NCBI GenBank assembly: GCA_964390875.1
Contig: CAYMIO010000003.1
Location: forward strand, 1-51,814
DNA length: 51,814 nucleotides
Direction: 5' to 3'
DNA from: an uncultured Candidatus Saccharibacteria bacterium
GTDB taxonomy: Bacteria; Patescibacteriota; Minisyncoccia; Phycocordibacterales; UBA9973
The position numbers were made by a program, and so were the translations under genes. The notes under the pieces are model-generated. The model was not told the DNA's origin and did no database searches. It saw nothing but the letters and a program-made list of their open reading frames with translations. Within the stretch, counting starts at the first letter, position 1; each line of letters starts with the position of its first letter. Below, piece after piece: positions 17,357 to 25,811 of the stretch.

Positions 17357-19282
17357 ATGTCACGAAACCAAATGATGAAAAACCCTTTGAATAAAAAGAA
17401 AAAAATGGGAAAAGAACCTGAGTTGAAGGCTCCGCGCGCGGGCAGTATGCTCCTTACCGCGGTTCTTATTCTTATGTCTATTACGGCGCTCTACTCGATC
17501 ATTTTCGATAACGCCAAGAAAACAGAAACGATCAGCATTTCAGAACTCGCGCAGAAGATGAATGCTGGAGAAGTGGAAGCTATTTCAGTAGAAGGTTCAA
17601 AACTTGAAGCAACGCTTGTCGGAGGCACAGTTGTGAAATCAAAAAAAGAACTTGAAGCGTCACTTACTGAAACACTCACCAACTACGGCGTTCCTGCCGA
17701 AAAAATTGCTACCACCAAGATCGACGTGAAAAGCGAATCAGGTTTCGGCTATGTGCTCATGAACTTGCTTCCAATCCTTCTTCCTGTCGCGCTCGTGATC
17801 TATCTCGTCTGGGCGCTCTCTCGCCAAGTGAAAGGGCAGGGGATGCAGGCGTTTTCGTTTGGCCAGTCAAAGGCGCGCATCACAAACCCTGACGATGAAA
17901 AGAACAAAGTCACGTTTAAAGATGTGGCTGGCAACAAAGAAGCCAAACAGGAACTTTCTGAAATTGTCGACTTTCTGAAAAATCCGAAAAAATTCCTCGA
18001 CATTGGTGCGCAGATTCCAAAGGGCGTGCTTCTTACAGGTGCTCCTGGTACCGGAAAGACGCTTCTTGCTCGCGCTGTTGCGGGTGAAGCGCATGTGCCA
18101 TTTTTCCATCTCTCCGGTTCTGAATTCGTTGAAATGTTTGTCGGCGTCGGTGCATCGCGTGTCCGTGATCTTTTCATGATGGCGAAGAAAGCCGCGCCCG
18201 CGATTGTGTTCGTGGACGAAATTGACGCTGTTGGCCGCGTGCGCGGCACCGGCATCGGTGGCGGCAACGACGAGCGTGAACAAACCCTCAACCAGATCCT
18301 GGTGGAAATGGATGGCTTTGAACCCACAGAAAAAGTGATCGTCATGGCAGCGACCAACCGAAGCGATGTGCTCGACCCTGCGCTTCTTCGCCCAGGTCGT
18401 TTTGACCGTCGTGTAAAACTCGACCTTCCAGACCGCGCTGACCGCGAAGAAATCATGAGTATTCATTCAAAGAAAAAGCCGTTTGCGGAAGATGTGGATC
18501 TTAAAGTGATCGCCGCTCGCACTCCTGGATTCTCTGGCGCTGACCTCTACTCACTTATGAATGAAGGAGCTATTTCTGCCGCACGCGCTGACCGAAAAGA
18601 AATTCTTCAGATTGATCTGATTCAATCGATCGAAAAAGTGATGCTCGGTCCTGAACGCAAGAGTCATCTTATGGGGCCAAAAGAAAAAGAAATTACCGCC
18701 TACCATGAAGCAGGCCATGCACTTGTCGCGAGTGTGCTTCCAGATGCTGACCCTGTGCACAAGGTTTCTATTGTGTCTCGTGGGTCTGCTGGTGGATATA
18801 CGCTCAAACTTCCGATCGAAGAGCGCAAACTACAATCCAAAAAAGAATTTCATGATGACATCGCCGTTTCTCTTGGCGGATACGTAGTGGAAGAAATGGT
18901 GTTTGGTGATGTTACCACTGGCCCTTCATCTGATCTTCAAGTGGCTACGAATCTCGCGCGCGCGATGGTGACGAGATGGGGGATGAGCGAAGCTATCGGT
19001 CCTATCGCATTTGAACAGAGCGGCGGAAAGTTTGGCGAAGAAGCGGATGAACTTTTCCGCGCTCCGGAGATAGCAAAACGCGTTGCTGATGAAGTGAAGA
19101 ACATCATGGAAACCAACCGCGCTCGCGCCAAGAAGGTGGTGGAAGAACATCGTCCACTTCTCGACGCTATCGCCAAGAAGCTTATCGAAGTGGAAACACT
19201 CGAACAGGAAGAATTCGACAAGATCTTGGTGGCGCATGGAATCACGCCTAAGAAAAAGGAAGAACTTACGGCAACGAAATAA
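17357..19282 (+). CDS. ftsH: ATP-dependent zinc metalloprotease FtsH
   Basis: AAA module [16 protein letters not shown] / IVFVDEIDA, the SRH, and zinc site HEAGHAL. TATACT at 17342-17347 lies 9 nt before the ATG at 17357. The track ORF starts at 17333. Confidence 0.93.
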   Translation: MSRNQMMKNPLNKKKKMGKEPELKAPRAGSMLLTAVLILMSITALYSIIFDNAKKTETISISELAQKMNAGEVEAISVEGSKLEATLVGGTVVKSKKELEASLTETLTNYGVPAEKIATTKIDVKSESGFGYVLMNLLPILLPVALVIYLVWALSRQVKGQGMQAFSFGQSKARITNPDDEKNKVTFKDVAGNKEAKQELSEIVDFLKNPKKFLDIGAQIPKGVLLTGAPGTGKTLLARAVAGEAHVPFFHLSGSEFVEMFVGVGASRVRDLFMMAKKAAPAIVFVDEIDAVGRVRGTGIGGGNDEREQTLNQILVEMDGFEPTEKVIVMAATNRSDVLDPALLRPGRFDRRVKLDLPDRADREEIMSIHSKKKPFAEDVDLKVIAARTPGFSGADLYSLMNEGAISAARADRKEILQIDLIQSIEKVMLGPERKSHLMGPKEKEITAYHEAGHALVASVLPDADPVHKVSIVSRGSAGGYTLKLPIEERKLQSKKEFHDDIAVSLGGYVVEEMVFGDVTTGPSSDLQVATNLARAMVTRWGMSEAIGPIAFEQSGGKFGEEADELFRAPEIAKRVADEVKNIMETNRARAKKVVEEHRPLLDAIAKKLIEVETLEQEEFDKILVAHGITPKKKEELTATK

Positions 19283-19289
19283 CAATACG

Positions 19290-19315
19290 AAAAGGCTCCC
19301 CAACGGGAGCTTTTT
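19290..19315 (+). terminator. intrinsic terminator after ftsH
   Basis: aaaaggctccc-caac-gggagcttttt. Confidence 0.75.
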
Positions 19316-19333
19316 CTGTTAGTATGAAAAAAT

Positions 19334-19407
19334 CCACCCGTAGCTCAGTTGGTTAGAGCATCGAGCTTATACCTCGAGGGTCCTTGGTTCGAATCCAAGA
19401 GGGTGGA
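19334..19407 (+). tRNA. tRNA-Ile with anticodon UAU
   Basis: Manual cloverleaf: acceptor ccacccg/agggtgg, U8A9, D-arm gctc-agttggtta-gagc, anticodon arm tcgag-cTTATac-ctcga, T-arm cttgg-ttcgaat-ccaag. The body resembles bacterial tRNA-Ile. CCA is not encoded. Confidence 0.8.
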
Positions 19408-19901
19408 CAATAAAAAAAGCGATAACCGTAGTTATCGCCTGGTTCATTCCACTTTGGAACCGTTTCTGGTTCCGGAGCTTTTTCTTTCTTTTTATCAGGT
19501 GCCTTTTCATACATCCTGAGAAAGTTTTTTACGACAGTGTACGCTGTATCCATAACTTTCAGCACATCACTCGATGAGAGAGGTGGTCCTTTTTCATTGA
19601 GATATTTGTACCCCATGGTCCCTGTGTGTTGTCCTGGGTCCCATGTGTACGTGATGTGAAGACCTGTGTCCTCGAAAAGTATCTGGAATGTCGTGTCATT
19701 CACCAGAAATCCAATATGCGATTCCTGGATCGAAATAAAAACATTTTCTCGCATTGTGGCTGTGCCAAAGCGTGCGACAGAGCGCATGTGGTTCACCGTT
19801 TTTGTTTTGGCGTTCCATTTTTCTGCTTCTGCCGGTAGTAATTTTTGTGAATGTACATGCATCGAAAAGATGATGCCAAACACTACAAAGGTCGATTTCA
19901 T
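19353..19901 (-). CDS. hypothetical secreted protein; 3' end uncertain
   Basis: Signal-peptide-like MKSTFVVFGIIFSMHVHS. The reading frame runs through its own terminator hairpin and 55 nt antisense to the tRNA-Ile gene before the first stop. Confidence 0.45.
   Translation of the reverse strand: MKSTFVVFGIIFSMHVHSQKLLPAEAEKWNAKTKTVNHMRSVARFGTATMRENVFISIQESHIGFLVNDTTFQILFEDTGLHITYTWDPGQHTGTMGYKYLNEKGPPLSSSDVLKVMDTAYTVVKNFLRMYEKAPDKKKEKAPEPETVPKWNEPGDNYGYRFFYCPPSWIRTKDPRGISSML
19412..19438 (-). terminator. intrinsic terminator oriented for the minus strand
   Basis: gcgataac-tacg-gttatcgc followed by ttttttt when read on the minus strand. It lies inside the 3' part of ORF 19353..19901. Confidence 0.6.
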
Positions 19902-19964
19902 AGGGTAGTGTATTTTATAGGCATAGTACACTAAAACTAGCTTTTGTCAAGTGACATTGGTTTT

Positions 19965-22145
19965 TTATTCAAAATGAAGCTCCACATGCCTTCGTGAGAT
20001 TTCTTGTTTGAGAAGGGGAAGCCGTGTTAGCTCGGGGTCTTTCAAGAGGAGTGCGCCGGCTTCGGTGCGGGCAGCTTCCACCATTTTGAGATTCTTGATG
20101 GCTTCCATTCCAAGGTCGGAAAGGCCCCACTGCTTGTCGCCGGAGAGCTCGCCAGAGCCGCGGAGAGCGAGGTCGAGCTCGGCGAGTTCGAAGCCGCTCT
20201 TTGCTGTTTTGAGTGCCTTCAAGCGGTCGAATGTTTTTCCGGATTTCACGTCAGCAAAGACGTAACAATAGGCCTGGTCTGAAGAGCGGATCACGCGGCC
20301 GCGAAGCTGATGAAGCTGGGCGAGACCAAAACGTTCACCGCCTTCGATGATGATGAGGGTTGCGTTGGGTACATTCACTCCCACCTCCACCACCGACGTA
20401 GCTACCAGAATATCAGTCTTCTTTTCAGAAAAATCCTTCATCGCTTCTTCTTTTTTTTCCTTTGTCATTTTGCTGTGAAGAATGCCGAATTCGTATTCAG
20501 GGAACACTTCTTTCTTGAGGCGCTTCGCTTCTTCCATGACCGAACGGAGTTGGAGTGCCATTTCTTTGTCCGGGTCTGGTTCATTGATACGCGGACAGAT
20601 CACGTAGAGCTGTCTTCCTTTTTTCATTTCTTTTCGGATTGCTTCGTAGGTTTCTTTTCGCTTGTCACTGGTGACTATCTCGGTGATCACTGGTTTTCGT
20701 CCGAGCGGCATCGCATCGAGCAGTGAAAGATCGAGGTCACCGTAGATGGTGAGTGCGAGCGTGCGGGGGATGGGAGTCGCTGTCATGGAAAGGAGGTGAG
20801 GCGCATGGCCAACTTTACGCGCGAGTTTGGCACGCTGAGCAACCCCGAAGCGATGTTGCTCGTCGATCACCACAAGCGCAAGATCTTTGAATTCGACTTT
20901 TTTCTGGATGAGGGCGTGCGTGCCGACCACGATAGGGATTTCGCCATTTTTCACCCATTTCAAAAGCTGCGGACGAGAGATGTTCGTCCAGGGTTCCCGA
21001 GCTGATGCGACTTTTGTGGGAAACTTTCTACAACCACTTCCTGTCATAAGACCGATCTGGATGCCGGTGCCGCGGAAATATTCGATGAAGTTTTCGAAAA
21101 GCTGCGTCGCGAGGATTTCCGTGGGAGCCATGTAGGCTACTTGGAGCGCACCGAACGTTTGCTTCACCCCTTTCTTTTTATCAAGCGGTCTGTTTTTTAC
21201 GATCGCATACGCGGCTGTGGCGGCGACGAGCGTTTTTCCGCTACCTACGTCTCCTTCAAGAAGGCGCGCCATCGGATGTTCTTTCTGCATATCTTCGAGA
21301 ATAGTGTTGATAGCGCGAAGCTGCGCGTCTGTAGCGTCGAAGGGGAAATGCGAAAGGAATTCTTCAATAGCATCTTCATCGATGCCCACTTCGTATGCGG
21401 CCTGTTTTGAAAACTCCATTTTGTCTTGCAAGCGGCGAAGTTGGATTGAAAATACTTCTTCAAATGCGAAACGTTTGCGGGCGGCTGTGGCGTCGTCGCT
21501 TTTTCGTGGTGCATGAACCCACACGAGTGCAGTGTGAAGACTCGGAAGATTGTATTTTTTTAAAATAGATTCGGGAATATAGTCTTCGATCGAATCAAGG
21601 ATTCCGCTTGCGAGTATTTTTTGTACATGATGAAATATCCACTTACTAGTGACTCCGCGCGTTTCGCGGTACACAGGATACATTGTGGCTTCGGGCGCAT
21701 TTCCTCCAAAGAGCGTGTCGTGCGCATCTATCGGAAGCACGGCACCTTTTTCAAGTTCGGGATTGCCAAGATAGATGCCGTTTTTTCCTTCGCTCACGCG
21801 GCCGCTCATGAGAACCGCTTCGCCTTCGTGTACCATCTTGGCCATGTAGGCTTGGTTGAACCACACGACGGGGATCGATCCGCTTGGGTCGGTGAGTGTT
21901 GCTTCTCCCATGGGGATTTTGGATTTGAATCCTTTTTTGGTTTTGAGTTTCGAAAGTGTGCCGTAGAGGGTTACTGTTTCTCCAGGAACGACGTCGCGAA
22001 TGAGTTTCACTGCACTTGCGTCGTTGTAGCGAGTGGGGAAGTAATAGAGTAAGTCGCGCACAGTCAGAAGACCAATGCGAGCGAGCGCTTTTTTCTGCGT
22101 GTCTTGTATTCTGAAAAGTTTTGCAAGCTGGTCTTCGAGATTCAC
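19965..22145 (-). CDS. recG: ATP-dependent DNA helicase RecG
   Basis: N-terminal wedge/OB region, helicase motifs GDVGSGKT, VIDEQHRFG and SMTATPIPRT, and a C-terminal QLRGRVIR. Confidence 0.92.
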   Translation of the reverse strand: MNLEDQLAKLFRIQDTQKKALARIGLLTVRDLLYYFPTRYNDASAVKLIRDVVPGETVTLYGTLSKLKTKKGFKSKIPMGEATLTDPSGSIPVVWFNQAYMAKMVHEGEAVLMSGRVSEGKNGIYLGNPELEKGAVLPIDAHDTLFGGNAPEATMYPVYRETRGVTSKWIFHHVQKILASGILDSIEDYIPESILKKYNLPSLHTALVWVHAPRKSDDATAARKRFAFEEVFSIQLRRLQDKMEFSKQAAYEVGIDEDAIEEFLSHFPFDATDAQLRAINTILEDMQKEHPMARLLEGDVGSGKTLVAATAAYAIVKNRPLDKKKGVKQTFGALQVAYMAPTEILATQLFENFIEYFRGTGIQIGLMTGSGCRKFPTKVASAREPWTNISRPQLLKWVKNGEIPIVVGTHALIQKKVEFKDLALVVIDEQHRFGVAQRAKLARKVGHAPHLLSMTATPIPRTLALTIYGDLDLSLLDAMPLGRKPVITEIVTSDKRKETYEAIRKEMKKGRQLYVICPRINEPDPDKEMALQLRSVMEEAKRLKKEVFPEYEFGILHSKMTKEKKEEAMKDFSEKKTDILVATSVVEVGVNVPNATLIIIEGGERFGLAQLHQLRGRVIRSSDQAYCYVFADVKSGKTFDRLKALKTAKSGFELAELDLALRGSGELSGDKQWGLSDLGMEAIKNLKMVEAARTEAGALLLKDPELTRLPLLKQEISRRHVELHFE

Positions 22146-22191
22146 GAGGGTATTGTACCGTGAATCTTTGCCTGTGAGTAGGCGGTATGTA

Positions 22192-22224
22192 AAAGGCCCG
22201 AACGCGAAGCGTTCGGGCCTTTTC
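22192..22224. terminator. intrinsic terminator
   Basis: aaaaggcccgaacgc-gaa-gcgttcgggcctttt. Confidence 0.75.
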
Positions 22225-22233
22225 TCCTATACT

Positions 22234-22602
22234 TTACTTCAACATTTCCTTTATCTTCTCCGAAAGCTCATCAAGCGTAAAGTTTGATTTGATCATAAAG
22301 TCGTTGGCACCAAGATCTTTTGCTTTTTTGATGTCTTCATCCTGCGCGAGGTTTGAAAATACAATGACCGGGATATCACGTGTTTTTAGATTTTCGCGGA
22401 TTTTCTTGAGAACACCGTAGCCATCGGTTCCAGGAAGTACCAGGTCGAGAAGTACGAGGTCGGGCGCTGATTCGTCGATCGCTTTTGCAGCATCATCTCC
22501 ATTGCCAACAGGGGTTACTTCGAATCCTTCTTTTGTAAGTTTGGTAGTTGAAAGACCCTGGAGAAAGGTGTCGTCTTCTACGATGAGTATTTTCTTTGCC
22601 AT
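22234..22602 (-). CDS. single-domain response regulator (REC only)
   Basis: KILIVEDD...DLVLLDLVLPGTDG...PVIVFSN...K is the CheY-like receiver pattern, with no output domain. Confidence 0.9.
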   Translation of the reverse strand: MAKKILIVEDDTFLQGLSTTKLTKEGFEVTPVGNGDDAAKAIDESAPDLVLLDLVLPGTDGYGVLKKIRENLKTRDIPVIVFSNLAQDEDIKKAKDLGANDFMIKSNFTLDELSEKIKEMLK

Positions 22603-22620
22603 GTACCCAGTATACCAAAG

Positions 22621-23376
22621 CTAGCGAGAAAGGGGGAGTGTAAAGAAAAAGGCCGTTCCTTCATTGAGAGCACTCTCAAACCACATCTTTCCGCCGTGGC
22701 GTTCAATGATCGTTTTGGTAGTGAAAAGACCGAGCCCTGAACCCACAGAGTGAAGGTTTTTCGCGTTTGTTGCGCGGTAGAACTTTTCGAATATTTTTTC
22801 CTGTTCTTCTTTGGGAATACCAATACCCGTATCCTTCACTTTTATCTCAAGCATATCTTCTTCGGTGATTCTCACTGATATCACGACACGTCCGCCTTTT
22901 TCTGTGTATTTAATAGCATTCTCCACCAAGTTTTGGAGTGCGACGCGAATCTTTTCAAGATCGAATGAAACATCTTGTGGCTGGTTTTCCGGTTTGAGGA
23001 AAATAAGCTCCACGCCTTTTTTGTACGACTCGCTGGTGAAATCAAACAGAATTGAGTCGATAAGACTAATGATATTGTGCGGTTCGTAATTGAATTTGAT
23101 AGTTGTCTCTTCGATGTGGTTGAGCGAGAGCATTTCGTTGATGAGTGAAAGCATGCGTTCATTTGAATCGAATGCTTTGTTCATAAAACCTTCCTGCTCG
23201 GGTGTCAGTTTTCCAAAATCGCCATCCATGAACATCTTCAAAATCCACTTGATGGCTGAAAGAGATGTGCGAAGCTGGTGAGCGGAGATGGAAATCCAGT
23301 CGCTCTTGGTGGCGTTGAGCTGGCGGAGCTGTGCGTTTTCTTTGGTGAGTGCTGCGATCTGTTCTTCTGGTGTCAT
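22621..23376 (-). CDS. soluble sensor histidine kinase (HisKA + HATPase_c)
   Basis: H-box SAHQLRTSLSAIKW, N-box NLVENAIKYT, G-boxes DTGIGI and GSGLGL. No TM or sensor domain. ATG at 23376. Confidence 0.88.
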   Translation of the reverse strand: MTPEEQIAALTKENAQLRQLNATKSDWISISAHQLRTSLSAIKWILKMFMDGDFGKLTPEQEGFMNKAFDSNERMLSLINEMLSLNHIEETTIKFNYEPHNIISLIDSILFDFTSESYKKGVELIFLKPENQPQDVSFDLEKIRVALQNLVENAIKYTEKGGRVVISVRITEEDMLEIKVKDTGIGIPKEEQEKIFEKFYRATNAKNLHSVGSGLGLFTTKTIIERHGGKMWFESALNEGTAFFFTLPLSR

Positions 23377-23395
23377 AGTGAAATACTGTCGTGAA

Positions 23396-23944
23396 TTATT
23401 TTTGTAAAAGAGTGCCAAGCCATACCTGCATGTCTACCACTTCTTTGCTTTGTGTGGTGATGATAGCTTCAGCGAATGTTTTCATTTCTGGTCGTTCAGT
23501 TTTTTCTTTGATAGAAGCGGCCATCTGGATGGCGCCATCGTGGTGGCCGATCATGCCAGAAACAAATGCTCGGTCGAGTTCTTTTCCTTTAAGGGTGGTA
23601 AGGTCGGGCATCATAGGTGTGTAGTGGTGAGTGTCTTCGTATTCATCATCGAACCACTCGGTGTACCACTGCTTCATTGTTTGGATTTCAGCACTTTGGG
23701 AGTCGATAATAGAGCGCGCCAGTTCTTTCACCTCAGGAGTTTCTCCGCGGGCAATCACTGCTTCTGCCGACACTACGGCTTCTTCATGATGGGGGATCAT
23801 CATTTCAAGAAATGCGCGGTCGTTTTTTACTTCTGCATGGCTTGCGTGTCCACTGTGTTTTGAGTGATGAGTGTTTTGAGATATAAAATAGACACCACCA
23901 ATAACCACAAGCGCGATACCGATACTGATTGCTGTTTTCTTCAT
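23396..23944 (-). CDS. DUF305-family four-helix protein with N-terminal membrane anchor
   Basis: Duplicated MIPHHEEAV / MIGHHDGAIQMA motifs typical of DUF305, with an N-terminal hydrophobic helix. Confidence 0.8.
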   Translation of the reverse strand: MKKTAISIGIALVVIGGVYFISQNTHHSKHSGHASHAEVKNDRAFLEMMIPHHEEAVVSAEAVIARGETPEVKELARSIIDSQSAEIQTMKQWYTEWFDDEYEDTHHYTPMMPDLTTLKGKELDRAFVSGMIGHHDGAIQMAASIKEKTERPEMKTFAEAIITTQSKEVVDMQVWLGTLLQK

Positions 23945-23998
23945 GAGGGTAGTGTACCACGATCTACCTTAGGGTATTCCACATAACGTGGCTTGAAG

Positions 23999-24595
23999 CT
24001 ATTTCACTTCTTTCACGATGTACGTCATATACGAGAGATGTTCATCAAGCACAAATTGCTTGTGTTCTTTTATATCGAAAAGTTTCGTATCTTTCACTTT
24101 TTCATAGAGAACACTGCCGATGATAAGGCTGTTGGGCTCGGCGAGTTTGTTCATTTTTGCACATGTGTTGACCGTGGTTCCGAAAAGGTCGTCCACTTCA
24201 TTGTCTTGGTTTTCGATAATACTGACCGGACCGAAGCTTGAAGAGAGGCGGTAGTCGATACCAGGAAGACCTAGTTCGGAAAGTTTTGCGTTGATCTCCT
24301 TGTGAGCGCGAAGAATGTCCATTCCCACATGGAGTACTTGTTCATAGTCGGCAAGAACTCCGAAGTCTGTTTTGGGGAAGTAGTAGATAACGCCGTCGCC
24401 GACTGTTTTGATGATTGTTCCACCTCCTTTCACGATGATATCGGAAAGGGTGTTGAGGAATGTCATATACAGAAGGTCAGCTTCGCGGCCCGGAAGCTTG
24501 GCGACGATCGATGTTGAATTTACCACGTCGACAAAAGTGATAGCGTAATAGACGTGTAAATGCGAGAAATAAATGTGGTCTGATTGAGGGATCAT
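23999..24595 (-). CDS. class III adenylate/guanylate cyclase catalytic domain protein
   Basis: ITFVDVVNSTS (metal Asp) and IKTVGDGVIYYF, with a length matching a bare catalytic domain. Confidence 0.8.
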   Translation of the reverse strand: MIPQSDHIYFSHLHVYYAITFVDVVNSTSIVAKLPGREADLLYMTFLNTLSDIIVKGGGTIIKTVGDGVIYYFPKTDFGVLADYEQVLHVGMDILRAHKEINAKLSELGLPGIDYRLSSSFGPVSIIENQDNEVDDLFGTTVNTCAKMNKLAEPNSLIIGSVLYEKVKDTKLFDIKEHKQFVLDEHLSYMTYIVKEVK

Positions 24596-24690
24596 AGTAG
24601 GAATAATAACACATTACTTTAATAGCGCGGAGGCAAAACATGGTTGCTGCGTTCGCTCATTTGCGGATGCCCTACGCTGCGCTCAGGACT

Positions 24691-24731
24691 CTCGCAAAAT
24701 ATGGTCGCGTCTGCGACGCTCCCTATTTTGC
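24691..24731 (-). repeat. tRNA 3' trailer module, copy C (diverged)
   Basis: Read on the minus strand: gcaaaata-gggagcgtc-gca-gacgcgacca-tattttgc. It has the same nested-hairpin layout as copies A and B, with compensatory substitutions. Confidence 0.5.
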
Positions 24732-24817
24732 GGAGGATGTGGGATTCGAACCCACGGACAGTTTTACCCGTCGACGGTTTAGTAAACCGTTGATTTAAAC
24801 CACTCATCCAATCCTCC
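24731..24817 (-). tRNA. class II (Ser-type) tRNA; manual fold gives anticodon ACU
   Basis: Minus strand: ggaggat-tg-gat-gagtggtttaa-atc-a-acggt-TTACTAA-accgt, a long variable arm, gtggg-ttcgaat-cccac-atcctcc-g. The long variable arm and G73 are Ser-like. Confidence 0.7.
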
Positions 24818-24840
24818 GTGATGTTATACCGTGTGGAAGC

Positions 24841-24920
24841 TTTGCGGCGCCGCACGAGTACGTGCGGCATCCTGCAAAAATAAAGTCGCGCCTGCGGCAC
24901 TCCTTATTTTTGCGGAGACG
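24841..24920 (-). repeat. tRNA/tmRNA 3' trailer module, copy B
   Basis: Its reverse complement aligns with 13010-13090 at about 88 percent identity, including an identical 26-nt stretch ggatgccgcacgtactcgtgcggcgcc. Confidence 0.7.
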
Positions 24921-24997
24921 GGGAGATTCGAACTCCCGAGGCCTTGCGGCCTGCCCCCTTAGCAAGGGGGTACGTTAGACCACTCTGACACGTCTCC
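24913..24997 (-). tRNA. tRNA-Ser (GCU)
   Basis: Minus strand: ggagacg-tg-...-ccccc-TTGCTAA-ggggg, long variable arm caggccgcaaggcctc, gggag-ttcgaat-ctccc-cgtctcc-g. Confidence 0.88.
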
Positions 24998-25084
24998 GTA
25001 TCCAACACGAATACAGTATCATAAAGCCAGTGGTTTTTCTAGCCTTGTTGCGCTCTCTTGAAAGCATGTTACGCTAGGAGTATC

Positions 25085-25201
25085 CATGTGGCCACAACAC
25101 CACATGCGAGGCAGGTCAAATCTTGATCTGTAGTTTAATGATTACGTCACGATAGTCCGTGACATACAGGAGGTGGGTAAAGACTTGCTTCCTGTTTTTT
25201 A
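25085..25201 (+). ncRNA. candidate structured leader or small RNA (three hairpins plus a terminator)
   Basis: Hairpins catgtgg/ccacatg (25085-25106), caggtcaa/ttgatctg (25112-25130) and gtcacg/cgtgac (25146-25163), then acaggagg...cttcctgt-ttttt (25166-25200). No ORF. It ends 16 nt before the TATACT box (25217-25222), 28 nt before the ATG of the next gene. Confidence 0.3.
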
Positions 25202-25228
25202 TTGAGTATTCTTTAGTATACTAAGCGT

Positions 25229-25672
25229 ATGAAAGCTATCGTTCTCTTTCTCACGCTCGCTGGGTTTGTCATCGGTCACGGATCGGTCACTGTCATCGAC
25301 ATGCATGGCTTCTTGGCTCGCAAGTCAAAATACTGGACAGAAGCCACTATCCGTACACATCGCGTGACAAAGCCACTCATTTGGATAGGTACCAGCCTGG
25401 TGCTCATCGGTTTCTTTTTTCTCGATCGTCTCGAAATGCTCTCACACTTCTCATCCGTCTTTGCATACGTACTCCTCGGCGTGATGATCATCAATGGATG
25501 CTTTCTCACCTTTATCATTTCTCCCGAACTTCTTCGTCGTGAAAAAGAGGGGATTGCACGCGAGATACTTCCACAGGTCATGCAGAAGAAGATCACCATT
25601 AGTTTTGTTGTTTCTTTTATTTCATGGTGGACACTCCTGGGAGTGCTCGCTGTTAATTTCGTGAGAGTGTAA
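25229..25672 (+). CDS. small integral membrane protein (4 predicted helices)
   Basis: Hydrophobicity pattern. TATACT at 25217-25222, 6 nt before the ATG. Confidence 0.6.
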   Translation: MKAIVLFLTLAGFVIGHGSVTVIDMHGFLARKSKYWTEATIRTHRVTKPLIWIGTSLVLIGFFFLDRLEMLSHFSSVFAYVLLGVMIINGCFLTFIISPELLRREKEGIAREILPQVMQKKITISFVVSFISWWTLLGVLAVNFVRV

Positions 25673-25811
25673 TTATGAAAAGTTATATGTACTTCAGTAT
25701 TCCATTACGTATCTCAATCGGTAAGAGTAGGTGGTGGCCACACCTCGAATGACTTGTTGACTTCTGAAAGAGGAGTGGTATAGTTCTTTTGAATTAACAA
25801 CTGTCTACAAA

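Noticed and set aside
24600-24690. cctccgcg motif about 90 nt beyond the ACU tRNA as a duplicated tRNA 3' end (an att site of an integrated element)
   Set aside because: Only a 7-mer is shared with the tRNA 3' end, and no integrase is present. The match is not significant.
24619-24900. 93-aa minus-strand ORF across the tRNA region
   Set aside because: It reads through a tRNA gene and the conserved trailer hairpins and has no coding signal of its own.
25090-25755. Similar gtggccac-containing sequences on both sides of gene 25229-25672 (25090-25106 and 25727-25745), which could be inverted repeats flanking a mobile cassette
   Set aside because: Only about 13 of 16 positions match around a short palindrome. 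This is too short and imperfect to distinguish from chance.
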